Of a stretch of 64,000 bases of DNA, positions 41,605 through 56,068 are shown one piece after another. The stretch spans positions 8,432,001 through 8,496,000 of the forward strand of contig CM035352.1 of the NCBI GenBank assembly GCA_020137815.1. The letters are read 5' to 3'. The notes under the pieces are model-generated. The model did no database searches and had not been told where the DNA came from. It worked only from the letters and a program-made list of their open reading frames with translations. A program made the translations under genes and the position numbers. Every line of letters starts with the position of its first letter. The first letter of the stretch is position 1. This stretch comes from Hormiphora californensis. Taxonomy: Eukaryota > Animalia > Ctenophora.

Positions 41605-44600
41605 GGACAGACATACAGACAGACAGATAGAGAAGATGTACCTGGCTAACAAGTAGGATACCGTAGTTGCACTGAAGAAGGTCAGCATCCCAAGGTTTTC
41701 CTGTCTCAGGGTGATCAAATATCCTCAACTTTACCAATTTATTTACCCTGAAACACACAGTTTTTTTATTTGTTTGTTTGTTTTATTATCAATTAGTTTG
41801 TTGAGTAATAAGGATCGGTTTATTGTTTATTAGCCGCATAGTTGATGAGGGTAAAAATGGGGTTATCCTAATCAATCATGACCATCGAATGATCCACCAA
41901 TTCTGTGTTATTTCTTTGAGATGACATTTTGATTAGTACATACTGCAAAATCATGACACGAAGTTAAAAAGATTAAATTATTATATTTACAAAACTTATC
42001 TTCTTTTCAGTTCACATGTGTCTAGCCTTTTATTAATCAGCGGTGGGCGTGTGGGAGAGTCTTGTTATGTTTTAGCCGGGAACTCGAACTTTAATTGTTC
42101 TTTAGTTGTGGGAAGTGTAGACACAGTGCCAGCTGCGACTCAAGATCGAACAAGGCAATGAGAGTCCAGGCTTTTATCTCGGATTAGTGCTATTTCGCTA
42201 GTATCTCTTCACATATCAAGTAGGATTAGTACTATCAAGCTGAGGCTGAACTTTGTTCTTACAGTTGAATGAAACCATCGAAATATTAGTCTTGGGCCCA
42301 CTCTGGCCCTGTCCTTCACTTGTATTCCTGGACTGTACCGATCTGAGTACCATCTGTCTCACCTTTCTCTTACGTGCCAAGATCACCAGAGGATTGATGG
42401 TGGAGTTGAGGGGTGACCCAACGTAGAGAGAGAACCGCTCCACGGCTCCACACGAGGTGAACACATCATACATGTCCTCTAGATAAGCAGTGAATAGGAT
42501 GGTATTGAAGAAGAGGTAGATAATTGAGATGAGAATGATGGTGATGGTGGCCCGTTTAATTACTGTCTGATCGTTTGAGAGCCTCCCCGCGCTACACAGG
42601 TATCCAAGGGAGATGGCAGTTGCTATGGTCACCGTTGTCAAGATCATAATCATTTCAATGAACATGATGGTCTGAAAATCGAAATAGTTTAGCAGCTCCG
42701 CAACTTCCACCTCAGTTAGTAGGCACAGTAATACCGTTATGAACTGGACTAGACTGAGAACTCCAAATGCAACCCATACGCCCTTCTTGGATATCTGATA
42801 GAATGGAAATCCGATGGAAATTGTCCTGGTAACGCTAAGAAGACATGTGATCATAGCGGAGTTGCGGATCAGTAGAAATGATGTGAAATCAAAGTATTTT
42901 ATATCGATAGCATCGTCCACCACGTAAACAATAATTGCCATAAGACACACTAGAGCATCAACGACGTTTAAACAATGAGTCAGTTTAGATGGAAGTCCTC
43001 TCTCCTTTAGGAGGACATTGATGATAAGGGATAGGACGTTTGCGATGATCCCTAGACAACCTGATACCAATCCCACGAGTAAGAAGTTTGAGGTGAAGAT
43101 GAATTCAATGATTTGGAGAGAGGTACCATTCGCAAAACATTCGGCTTCATCATGCTCATCGTCATACTCAGAGGTAGAGGACATGGGGAATTCTGTTGTA
43201 GCCTCCATAGTGGAATATAACTAGGAAATATTGAAGATAAAAAACTCAATTTGTTCAGGTTAGCTTTTGAAGCAAAATAGGCAACAAAACTTGTTTACAG
43301 CTCTAATTTCTATATAATATAGAAACAATTAGAGTTGAACGCGTCGGAGCGATATCATCAGGGAGTGATCGAACCGATAATTAGCGATCAAAACACCTTC
43401 ACTTTGACCAAGATCAGGAGGCGATTAGACATCGAAAGTTATATCGAAACAGATCTTGTTATTTATGGTCTACTATAATAGCTGCAATTGAACTTGTCGT
43501 GTTCTAACGTCTAACGCCGCGACAAAATTCGCCATCAGAAAGAAGTACTGCAGATATGTATAATATACCACATAGAACCATTTATTGCCAGCGGGTCAAT
43601 GGGATTCGGGGGATTGAGAGGAGTCAATAGGGGGTGAGAGGAGTTTTTGGGCTCTCTAGTATAGAGCTCTCTTGTGGCCTACTGAAACAACCATATTGGC
43701 TCTCTAGTATACTATAAAGTTCAGAACACGTACTGTGTGGAGACTGGTAGTAGAGGTAATAATTACTGGAGAATGGAGATACATTGTGGACAGAGAGGTC
43801 TCAGGAATTGGTAAAATTCTGTAAGAGCATTGGTATGATTCTAAATAGCCAGGCCTACAACAAGATCCTTGAATTATTCAGTTGACTCTCTATTTTGGGT
43901 GATTGAAACTATGATTTGACACTGAAAATGAGCCAGCCCAGCTAGCCGTCTAAATTGTTGTTATGTTCTAACCCTCCTTTACATTTGTAAACAGGGTCGA
44001 GCAAGGCAACTAATTTGGAGGTCCATTCAGGGAGCTTGCTTTTGTTTAGTCTCAATAATTCATAGCCTTAAGTATCGGACTCTGATGTCGGTGTCCCAAT
44101 TACTCCCTGATTTAGATACTCTAAATCAGAGTATCTAAATCAGGGGGTAAGGGACACCGACATATGCAGGAATAGCTATAGGGGTGAACGTTGTGAACCG
44201 CTCTAACCTATTAATCATCAGCTATATCACGTACTAACAACAAGACTACTTAGTGCCGCTACTATACCGGTGGACTAGGGTTGTATGTCAGTACACCACG
44301 TACACACGTTTAGGACGTGTGAGACTGTGTAGTAATGCCAGGCCTGAGACCATGTTATGTGTGTAAGCTAGAAAAGAGAAGCGTTTCTCAAGGAGCTTTT
44401 CAAACCAAACATCAGAATATTGAATTCAATGTTGCGAGAACCCATTTGGGATATCATAAGAAATTCCACTGAGAGGAAATCAACTCTCCATGCTATCCGA
44501 TAAATTTAGGAATTTTGATTGAAATCCAGCACGAATTCTGTATCTTGAGCAGTAAATACTGAACAACTCAATAGTGGCTGGGAATTTGTTCACACGCTAT

Positions 44601-47600
44601 GAGTTAATATCGCCTCAATTGGCACACGTGATAAGTCATATACAAAACCATACAGCACCCTCCGGCCTCCCCTCCCCCTAGCCTGTGTTATAAAAGGTGG
44701 ACCAGAACAAATTATATAATGAATACAAAAACTCATCTTACCAAATACACATCTAAAAATGTGATTACTGGACACGAGCGTGCTCCCTTTTCTATCACCC
44801 ATTAGTTCAGTATCAAATCATAACTTAGTTTTAATCGCCCAAAGTATATACCCAGGAATAAAGATATGACTGATAAACTTATTTAGTCTAGACTAAATAT
44901 TAAAGCTACATTTATGGGTTAACGTTGTTTTTCTTTTAAACGGCTCTAACCTATTATCAGCTATCACGTACTAACAACAAGACTACTTAGCGCCGCTACG
45001 ATACCGGTGGACTAGGGTTGTATGTCAGTACAACATATTGCCAGAACTGAGACCATGTTATGTGTGTTAGGGGGACCACATACAGCACTGTACTGAAATT
45101 CGCACCGCCGTATGTGGTGCCTCTAACTTCAGTTCTCACTAGCACATACAACACTTTCGGTGCAAACTCCAGTACGCACTGCCGTATGTGGTGCCTCTTA
45201 CGCGGCGTCATACACATTTTCATTTGGAATTTTCACTTGGAATTTTCATTTGAAAACCATCCATGCACATGCACGTGCAAGCTTCAAACACAAGTTAGAA
45301 CCATGGGACCTTCACTAAAGTGATCCTTGGATCAAAACAAATAAGTTAGTGAAGGTCCCGTGCTTCTAACTTGTGTTTGAAGCTTGCACGTGCATGCGCG
45401 TGGATGGTTTTCAAATGAAAATTCCAAATAAAAATGTGTATGACGGACTGTTACTGATAAATATCGGTGGGACTATCAGTACACAATCTCACGTGAGCTT
45501 AGCTCAGAAAAGATCAGTACGGTGCTGTATGTGCTCTTCGTACTGAACTGAAAGGTCACGTGGGGGTCACGTGCGCGCACTAGCCAATGACAGACCTGCA
45601 TCTCACAATACACACACACACCCACACCACAGCAACCAATAAGAGGCGCACGCACTCTCACTACGACAGAAAGGGCCACACCTAGAACAAGGGCGAGATT
45701 ATCCGACATATCGAGAAAATATGTGCTGCAATCGGGAAAGATAAGAGAGAGATAAGTGGAGATAAACATAACAAGAGGGAGAAAAGGTAGTAGAGAGAGT
45801 TCGGTATTAGTGGGAGGAAGATATTTCACAAAAAATTACGCGTTTTTAGCTTGTTTTGAAGGTTTTTTATTGATTGTTCAGTAAGAGGCACCACATACAC
45901 TCACTGTACTGAAGTTTCCACCGACAGTATGTGGTGCGACGTTACTGGAGTTCGCACCGGTGCTGTATGTGGTCCCCCTTAGCTAGAAAAGAGAAGCGTT
46001 TATCAAGGAACTATTCAAACCAAACATCAGAATATCGAATTCAATGTTGCGAGAATCCATGTGGGATATCATAAGAAATTCTACTGACGTCTGACAGGAA
46101 ATCAACTTATTACTTTGCTATCCGATAAATTTAAGAATTTTGGTTTAAATGCACCAGGAATGCTGTATCTTGAGCTGTAAATACTAGCTGAACAACTCAT
46201 CAATAGGTGGGTGGGAATTTATTCACACGCTAAGGGCATACGTGGCCTGGTCACACAACACGTTGCGGCACCATCCCCACTAGCCTTTGCAGTGTGATAC
46301 ACAGGGCAGGGTGGACTATGACAAATTAGATCGCAAATACACATCTAAAAAGGGACACGAGCGTGCTCCCCTTGAAAAAAGGATGGAACTGTACAACAAA
46401 CACTCTATTTCTATCACCCATTAGCTCTCCCCATCTATATCTGTTGGGTTACCAGTAATTTAAGGACACGTGTACCGTGCTGCCACACCAACCCCAAGGA
46501 CCCACCCCCCCCCCCGAACATGTACTATCCTGCCACATCAACCTACCAAACGAACCCCGACTGGGACCGAACCCGTGTGATTCGAGATGTCCTCCATTCT
46601 ATAATATAGTCGCGTAGCAGAACTTAGTCATGTGACAAGAACCTAGCGACCAATCCACTCAGCTGATCCTAAAGTTGAGCCAATAAGCGTGCAGGTTGTG
46701 GATATAGCGAGGATCTGAAGCAGGTATAGACGTTTTGCCAGCACCGGCCTTTATTATGTAGATGAATTGCACCAGAACTGTGCAGTTCCAAGCTGTAAAG
46801 AGTGCTAAACGGTCGGAAACAATAAAGACAGGTCATGGGTTTTAATGAGTAGTGCAGAATAGAAACTTGCAGACAGCTCTCAATCACCTAATTAGACAGT
46901 GCCTGAAATAACCTAATTACACTCATCTGACCCCACAAGAATTTGACTTTGAAACACTCGACTAAGAAGAAAAGCAATGATACTAACTTTACTTTAGGAT
47001 TGGACTACTACTATAGTATTACGAACGACTATATGTATAATCACAGCTGCTTAATGGTACTAACGACTTTAATCTTTGTATCACAGCTGTCTAGAACCGT
47101 GGTGATGGAGTTTAGATCACGTGCTATTTATTATCGTTCCTAATCGTGAATAATCGGGGGGGGGGCACTATGTTGTTATTTAACTAAATGGGGGGGGGGG
47201 GGGCACTATGTTGCTATTTAACTAAATGGGGGGGGGGGGCACTATGTTGCTATTTAACTAAATGGGGGGGGGGGGGCACTATGTTGTTATTTAACTAAAT
47301 GGGGGGGGGGGGGGGGCACTATGTTGTTATTTAACTAAATGGGGGGGGGGGGGGCACTATGTTGCTATTTAACTAAATGGGGGGGGGGGGCACTATGTTG
47401 CTATTTAACTAAATGGGGGGGGGGGGGGGCACTATGTTGTTATTTAACTAAATGGGGGGGGGGGGGGGGGGGCACTATGTTGCTATTTAACTAAATGGGG
47501 GGGGGGCACTATGTTGTTATTTAACTAAATGGGGGGGGGGGCACTATGTTGCTATTTAACTAAATGGGGGGGGGGCACTATGTTGCTATTTAACTAAATG

Positions 47601-50140
47601 GGGGGGGGGGGGCACTATGTTGCTATTTAACTAAATGGGGGGGGGGGCACTATGTTGCTATTTAACTAAATGGGGGGGGGGGGGCACTATGTTGCTATTT
47701 AACTAAATGGGGGGGGGGGGCACTATGTTGCTATTTAACTAAATGGGGGGGGGGGGGCACTATGTTGCTATTTAACTAAATGGGGGGGGGGGGGGGCACT
47801 ATGTTGCTATTTAACTAAATGGGGGGGGGGGGGCACTATGTTGCTATTTAACTAAATGGGGGGGGGGGGCACTATGTTGCTATTTAACTAAATGGGGGGG
47901 GGGGGGCACTATGTTGCTATTTAACTAAATGGGGGGGGGGGGGCACTATGTTGCTATTTAACTAAATGGGGGGGGGGGGCACTATGTTGCTATTTAACTA
48001 AATGGGGGGGGGGGGGGCACTATGTTGCTATTTAACTAAATGGGGGGGGGGCACTATGTTGCTATTTAACTAAATGGGGGGGGGGGCACTATGTTGCTAT
48101 TTAACTAAATGGGGGGGGGGGGGCACTATGTTGCTATTTAACTAAATGGGGGGGGGGGGCACTATGTTGCTATTTAACTAAATGGGGGGGGGGGGGCACT
48201 ATGTTGCTATTTAACTAAATGGGGGGGGGGGGGCACTATGTTGCTATTTAACTAAATGGGGGGGGGGGGCACTATGTTGCTATTTAACTAAATGGGGGGG
48301 GGGCACTATGTTGCTATTTAACTAAATGGGGGGGGGGGGGGGCACTATGTTGCTATTTAACTAAATGGGGGGGGGGGGGCACTATGTTGCTATTTAACTA
48401 AATGGGGGGGGGGGGGGCACTATGTTGCTATTTAACTAAATGGGGGGGGGGGGGGGGGCACTATGTTGCTATTTAACTAAATGGGGGGGGGGGGGGCACT
48501 ATGTTGCTATTTAACTAAATGGGGGGGGGGGGGGGCACTATGTTGCTATTTAACTAAATGGGGGGGGGGGGGGGGCACTATGTTGCTATTTAACTAAATG
48601 GGGGGGGGGGGGCACTATGTTGCTATTTAACTAAATGGGGGGGGGGGGGGGCACTATGTTGCTATTTAACTAAATGGGGGGGGGGGGGCACTATGTTGCT
48701 ATTTAACTAAATGGGGGGGGGGGGGCACTATGTTGCTATTTAACTAAATGGGGGGGGGGGGGCACTATGTTGCTATTTAACTAAATGGGGGGGGGGGGGC
48801 ACTATGTTGCTATTTAACTAAATGGGGGGGGGGGCACTATGTTGCTATTTAACTAAATGGGGGGGGGCACTATGTTGCTATTTAACTAAATGGGGGGGGG
48901 GGGGGGTCCGGCACTGAATGAGAGCTCTACAGCATGTGATTATTATTACCTTTGTCTATGACAAATTTACTATTACAGTCGGACCCCGATTTACCGGGAT
49001 GCTCGGGGGAAAGGGTTTTGCCCGGTAAATCGGGGTGCCCGGTATATCGGGGTCAAACACTGTTAATTTCCTATTTTGGGGGAAGATTATCCTCCCGGTA
49101 AATCGGGGTTCCGGTAAATCGGGGCCCGGTAAATCGGGGTCCGACTGTACTATCATCATCAAGAAAATGAAGATAATTAGTTATTAAATACCACAGGCCG
49201 GATGCCCATATACATAATATGTTATATCGTACGATGTAAAAGGGAAGGGATAAATATTTTATAATACCGGGGGTGGGGCATTTTTCCCTCGTCTTACGTC
49301 TACCAACTAAAATATTAAATTCCTATAAGGGAGCAACCACAGCTGCCAAGATAATTGTCCTCGGCATATATGGAATGACCCAAGAAGCTGAGCTTGAAGA
49401 AAGAGGTTGTTCTCACAATCATTAGTAATGCATGCTCTCATGGGCTATGAGGTCTTGTGGTGGCCACCGGTGGGTACTTATGCCATCCTATTTAAATAGT
49501 GCAGACTAGAGTTGTACTGCTAGAGTTGAACTGCCCCAGTCGATAACTCTGGTGGACGAGAAATAATAGTAGGTAGTCATAGTGGCCACGGATGAATTAT
49601 TGAGAGAAAGGCAAAATGTCCATAGTGAAAAAAGCAAAACCAAATTAAGGTCACTACCTTTGTGACACAAATTGTCAGCGCAATGCCTGACCACTCTTCT
49701 CCCGAATCTCAATGATTGGACGTGGTCGGAGAACAATATAATTATATTACTTATAGTGTTATACTGCTGTAATATTAACAGTAATAACAGTAAATGTAAT
49801 ATTTACAATTATGCTACAACGTATAAGAAAAACACTTACATCCACTGTATTTCTTTGTCAGTATCGGTTGTAGAGATGCCCAGTAAAACACACATTCCTT
49901 TCCCAATTGATCCTGTCGTCCGGTCACCCACTGAAACATAAAGGGTGGTTATCCGGGCAGTTTTGGGGTGTATCTCGATCTGTAATCTGCAGACTATGGT
50001 TATTTCGAGAAGAGCTGTGACGAAAACTGAAAACTGAAAACCAACAGCTAATATTATTATTCATGTCTGAGTTGAAATCAAGTTACAACTTACATACCAG
50101 TGACAGATGCTTTGGTGACCTTTTGAACTATCGCCCTCAT
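40446..50140 (-). CDS. DTD1: D-aminoacyl-tRNA deacylase 1 with two alternative copies of exon 4
   Basis: Exons 50098-50140 (MRAIVQKVTKASV), 49840-49930 (IGKGMCVLLGIS), 41642-41747 (LRIF..LLVSQ), 4A 41246-41384 or 4B 40860-41001 (FTLQ..PDFH.AM), 40446-40681 (GEFGAFMQVHIQNDGPVT). SQFTL and NDGPVT motifs intact. Confidence 0.95.
41156..41175 (-). promoter_or_regulatory. Putative intronic antisense element to both DTD1 exon-4 acceptors
   Basis: Pre-mRNA CUGCAGGGUGAACUGAAUAC is complementary to UCAG|UUCACCCUGCAG (4B, 16/16) and to GUAUUUCAG|UUCACUCUGCAG (4A, 20 bp with one G-U pair and one bulge). Confidence 0.65.
42216..43208 (-). CDS. Orphan rhodopsin-like (class A) GPCR, intronless, nested in DTD1 intron 2
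   Basis: 330-aa ORF with 7 hydrophobic segments; GIIANVLSL (TM1), LNVVD (TM2), LSVTRTISI (DRY equivalent), NSTINPLV (TM7). Confidence 0.88.
   Translation of the reverse strand: MEATTEFPMSSTSEYDDEHDEAECFANGTSLQIIEFIFTSNFLLVGLVSGCLGIIANVLSLIINVLLKERGLPSKLTHCLNVVDALVCLMAIIVYVVDDAIDIKYFDFTSFLLIRNSAMITCLLSVTRTISIGFPFYQISKKGVWVAFGVLSLVQFITVLLCLLTEVEVAELLNYFDFQTIMFIEMIMILTTVTIATAISLGYLCSAGRLSNDQTVIKRATITIILISIIYLFFNTILFTAYLEDMYDVFTSCGAVERFSLYVGSPLNSTINPLVILARKRKVRQMVLRSVQSRNTSEGQGQSGPKTNISMVSFNCKNKVQPQLDSTNPT
44083..44163. repeat. Short hairpin element
   Basis: ATGTCGGTGTCCC..CTGATTTAGATACTCT / AGAGTATCTAAATCAG..GGGACACCGACAT. Confidence 0.7.
44198..46424. repeat. Diverged tandem duplication of a ~600-bp segment; second copy interrupted by a MITE
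   Basis: 44198-44805 aligns with 44943-45069 plus 45979-46424. Confidence 0.85.
45070..45978. mobile_element. PIF/Harbinger-like MITE containing a nested hairpin (~45206-45444)
   Basis: TIR GGGGGACCACATACAGCAC, TTA TSD; empty site visible at ~44360. Confidence 0.9.
47156..48906. repeat. Minisatellite: constant 24-nt CACTATGTTGCTATTTAACTAAAT plus poly-G of variable length (roughly 48 units)
   Basis: Direct reading. Confidence 0.95.
48976..49147. mobile_element. Tc1/mariner-like MITE (CAGTCGGACCCCGATTTACCGGG); other copies ~52795-52878, 63359-63456, fragment ~29825-29860
   Basis: TIRs with TA TSD; multi-copy in the window. Confidence 0.9.
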
Positions 50141-50225
50141 ACTAGCCCCGCTACAATGGGGAATTATTAATGAACAGGTATGATCAGTTTTAGCAATCCT
50201 TCAAATACATACTGGTACCCAAAGA

Positions 50226-50480
50226 TAGGGTAGGGTAACGTAGGGTAGGTTACTAGGTAGGATAGGGTAGGGTAGGGTAGGGTAGGTTACTAGGTAGGAT
50301 AGGGTAGGGTAGGGTAGGGTAGCTGTAGGGTAGGGTAGGGTAGAGTAGAGTAGGGTAGCTGTAGGGTAGGGTAGGGTAGGGTATATAGGGTAGGGTAGGG
50401 TAGGTTACTAGAGTATTAGGTAGGGTAGAGTAGGGTAGGGACAGGGTAGGGTAGGGTACTAGCCACTAGGTAGGGTAGGG
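50226..50480. repeat. (TAGGG)n pentamer repeat between the CDK8 3' end and the DTD1 start
   Basis: Direct reading. Confidence 0.9.
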
Positions 50481-50848
50481 TCTAGCAAGAGATAAATGTA
50501 TACAGCAAATATTCATACTGTAAAATGAATTAAATGGAAATTTAACAGTTAGAAAACATATAATAATTCGTCCTGCAGTCCACCAAACATTTGGTAACGA
50601 AATAACCCCTCCCTTGCCAGCGCGCGAAGAGGGGTTATTTCGTAACCAAACATAAACAAATATTACTGATAAAACTCCCTGTGTAATTTGACACTGAACA
50701 GAAAGAGAGGTCAACCAAAGTCTGTTCACAGGTCCAGGGTTAACAATGGGAACTGCAAGTACAAGATATCACAACGATCCTTGGTTACCATGACAACTGT
50801 TTTTCAGAATCTTGGTTGCCATAGCAACTGTACTTCAGCAACTGTTCT

Positions 50849-54459
<3,611 letters not shown>

Positions 54460-54952
54460 CGTAAAGTTGTAGGGAAGCTGGGTTTATTTGAGCTGGCAAG
54501 GGCGACTGATGTTTTCAACGCATGATGTCTTGAGGGTAAAGGTTGTTGTTAGATGTTGAACAAATGCTGTCAGACGGCACCGACTACGTCTTTTGAGTTC
54601 CTGTCTGGCGCCGTACCCCAATCTGTGCACTCTGGCATTCGCACAGCACTTTTTTGGGTCGGCGCCGCCAGACAGAATTCAGATGGCTGGTGATATTGAT
54701 TAAAAACAATAAATTCATTGGCGAAAGTTTAAAAAGATGGCACATAAAAATAACAAAAATCATACCTTGATATACAAAAAAGCAACATCCATCACATCTC
54801 ACACAGTTCAAAAAATCTCAAATTCCTGTCTTTCGCACACTCCTAGGTTAACCAGTTCATGTATTGAACAAGGGTCAAGGCAGTTTACTTGGTTTACCCG
54901 TTAATGCGTTCAAGTTTACTTGGCTGGCTTCCAGTTTATTTACTGACTTCCT

Positions 54953-55435
54953 TTACTTTTGTTCTAGTTCCATAAGAACACCACCACAGTCCTTGGGATG
55001 AAGGAACATGACGGGTTTACCGTGAGCTCCAATCTTGGTCTCCGCCGATAAAGTCCTAATTCCCTTCTCCTTAACATCCCTCACCGCTGCCTCAATATCA
55101 TCTACCTCTATACAAACATGATGAATTCCCCCGTTCTTGTTCTTAGCAAGGAACCCAGCGATGGGACTACCCTCCCCTAGTGGGTGAAGCAGTTCTATTT
55201 TAGTGTTGGGCAGGTTCACAAACACTACCGTGACACCGTGATCGGGGAGATCCTCAGGTTCAGAGACTGCCGCACCAAGCACATCCCGGTAGAATGAGAT
55301 AGAGGCAGGGAGGTCTGGTACTGCGATGGCAGTGTGGTTTAGGATACCCAGATTCCACGGAGTGGAGGAGAAGGCACGGGAGGTGGTGGGGATCAGTCCC
55401 CGGCGACAAAGTATTCTGCCAATTAGGGACAACAT
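54953..55435 (-). CDS. MCEE: Methylmalonyl-CoA epimerase, mitochondrial
   Basis: LNHTAIAVPDL, HGVTVVFV, KIELLHPLG, GGIHHVCIEVDDI, IGAHGKPVMFLHPKDCGGVLMELEQ. Confidence 0.97.
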   Translation of the reverse strand: MLSLIGRILCRRGLIPTTSRAFSSTPWNLGILNHTAIAVPDLPASISFYRDVLGAAVSEPEDLPDHGVTVVFVNLPNTKIELLHPLGEGSPIAGFLAKNKNGGIHHVCIEVDDIEAAVRDVKEKGIRTLSAETKIGAHGKPVMFLHPKDCGGVLMELEQK

Positions 55436-56068
55436 GATAACTAAGGGGGTGATGTTGGTTGTAACTTATTTCAGGAGGACTAGAAAGAGGCGGAGGTGGA
55501 CTATAAGGAGGGGCCAGGGGAGGATTTCAGGAGGATCAGGGTGGTGGAATTGGAAGGGTCAAGGGCGGGTGGGGTGTATATATAAAGGGGCTAGGGGGAC
55601 TAAACAAGGTAGATATTCAGGGGGACTAAACAAGGGAGAGGTTCAGGGTTTTATGAGGGTTTTTTGACCAATAAAACACGATCATTTGTGTAGGTTAATG
55701 CTATGCAGTCAATGACTAAAATGTGGTACTTTTTATACAGGGGAAAGTATGATACACATGTTTAAATATAAAAACATGCTAAACACTCTCTGATTCCAAA
55801 CACACACGTTAAAATCTTGCTGAAATATATCGCCATCCTCCTATAATACAATTATTGTTTGTGCATGTTTCCTCTTACACTGTAAGTTACAGTAACCCAT
55901 GGCAGGTGTACCGTGGGCAACTGATACAAAATTCCTCAATATTATTGTAAAATCAACTGCCAGCTGCTGAGTTTTAAGTCCCTATCAAATTACACAGCTC
56001 GGTGAGTAGAAACCCTGTGTGTTTTATATTAAACCCAAATAAGACTCACTACTATAATGAGTTTTGAT

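Noticed and set aside
43819-43841. Possible degenerate reverse copy of the 23-bp element (CTGTAAGAGCATTGGTATGA)
   Set aside because: Several mismatches and no TSD.
47156-48906. CRISPR-like appearance (constant repeat with variable spacer)
   Set aside because: Spacers are only poly-G, no cas genes, eukaryotic intron.
50226-50480. Telomeric repeat
   Set aside because: The unit is TAGGG, not TTAGGG, and it is internal; treated as a simple repeat.
54567-54675. Imperfect inverted repeat with CTGTC...GACAG ends as the parent of the 23-bp element
   Set aside because: No TSD and no shared internal sequence.
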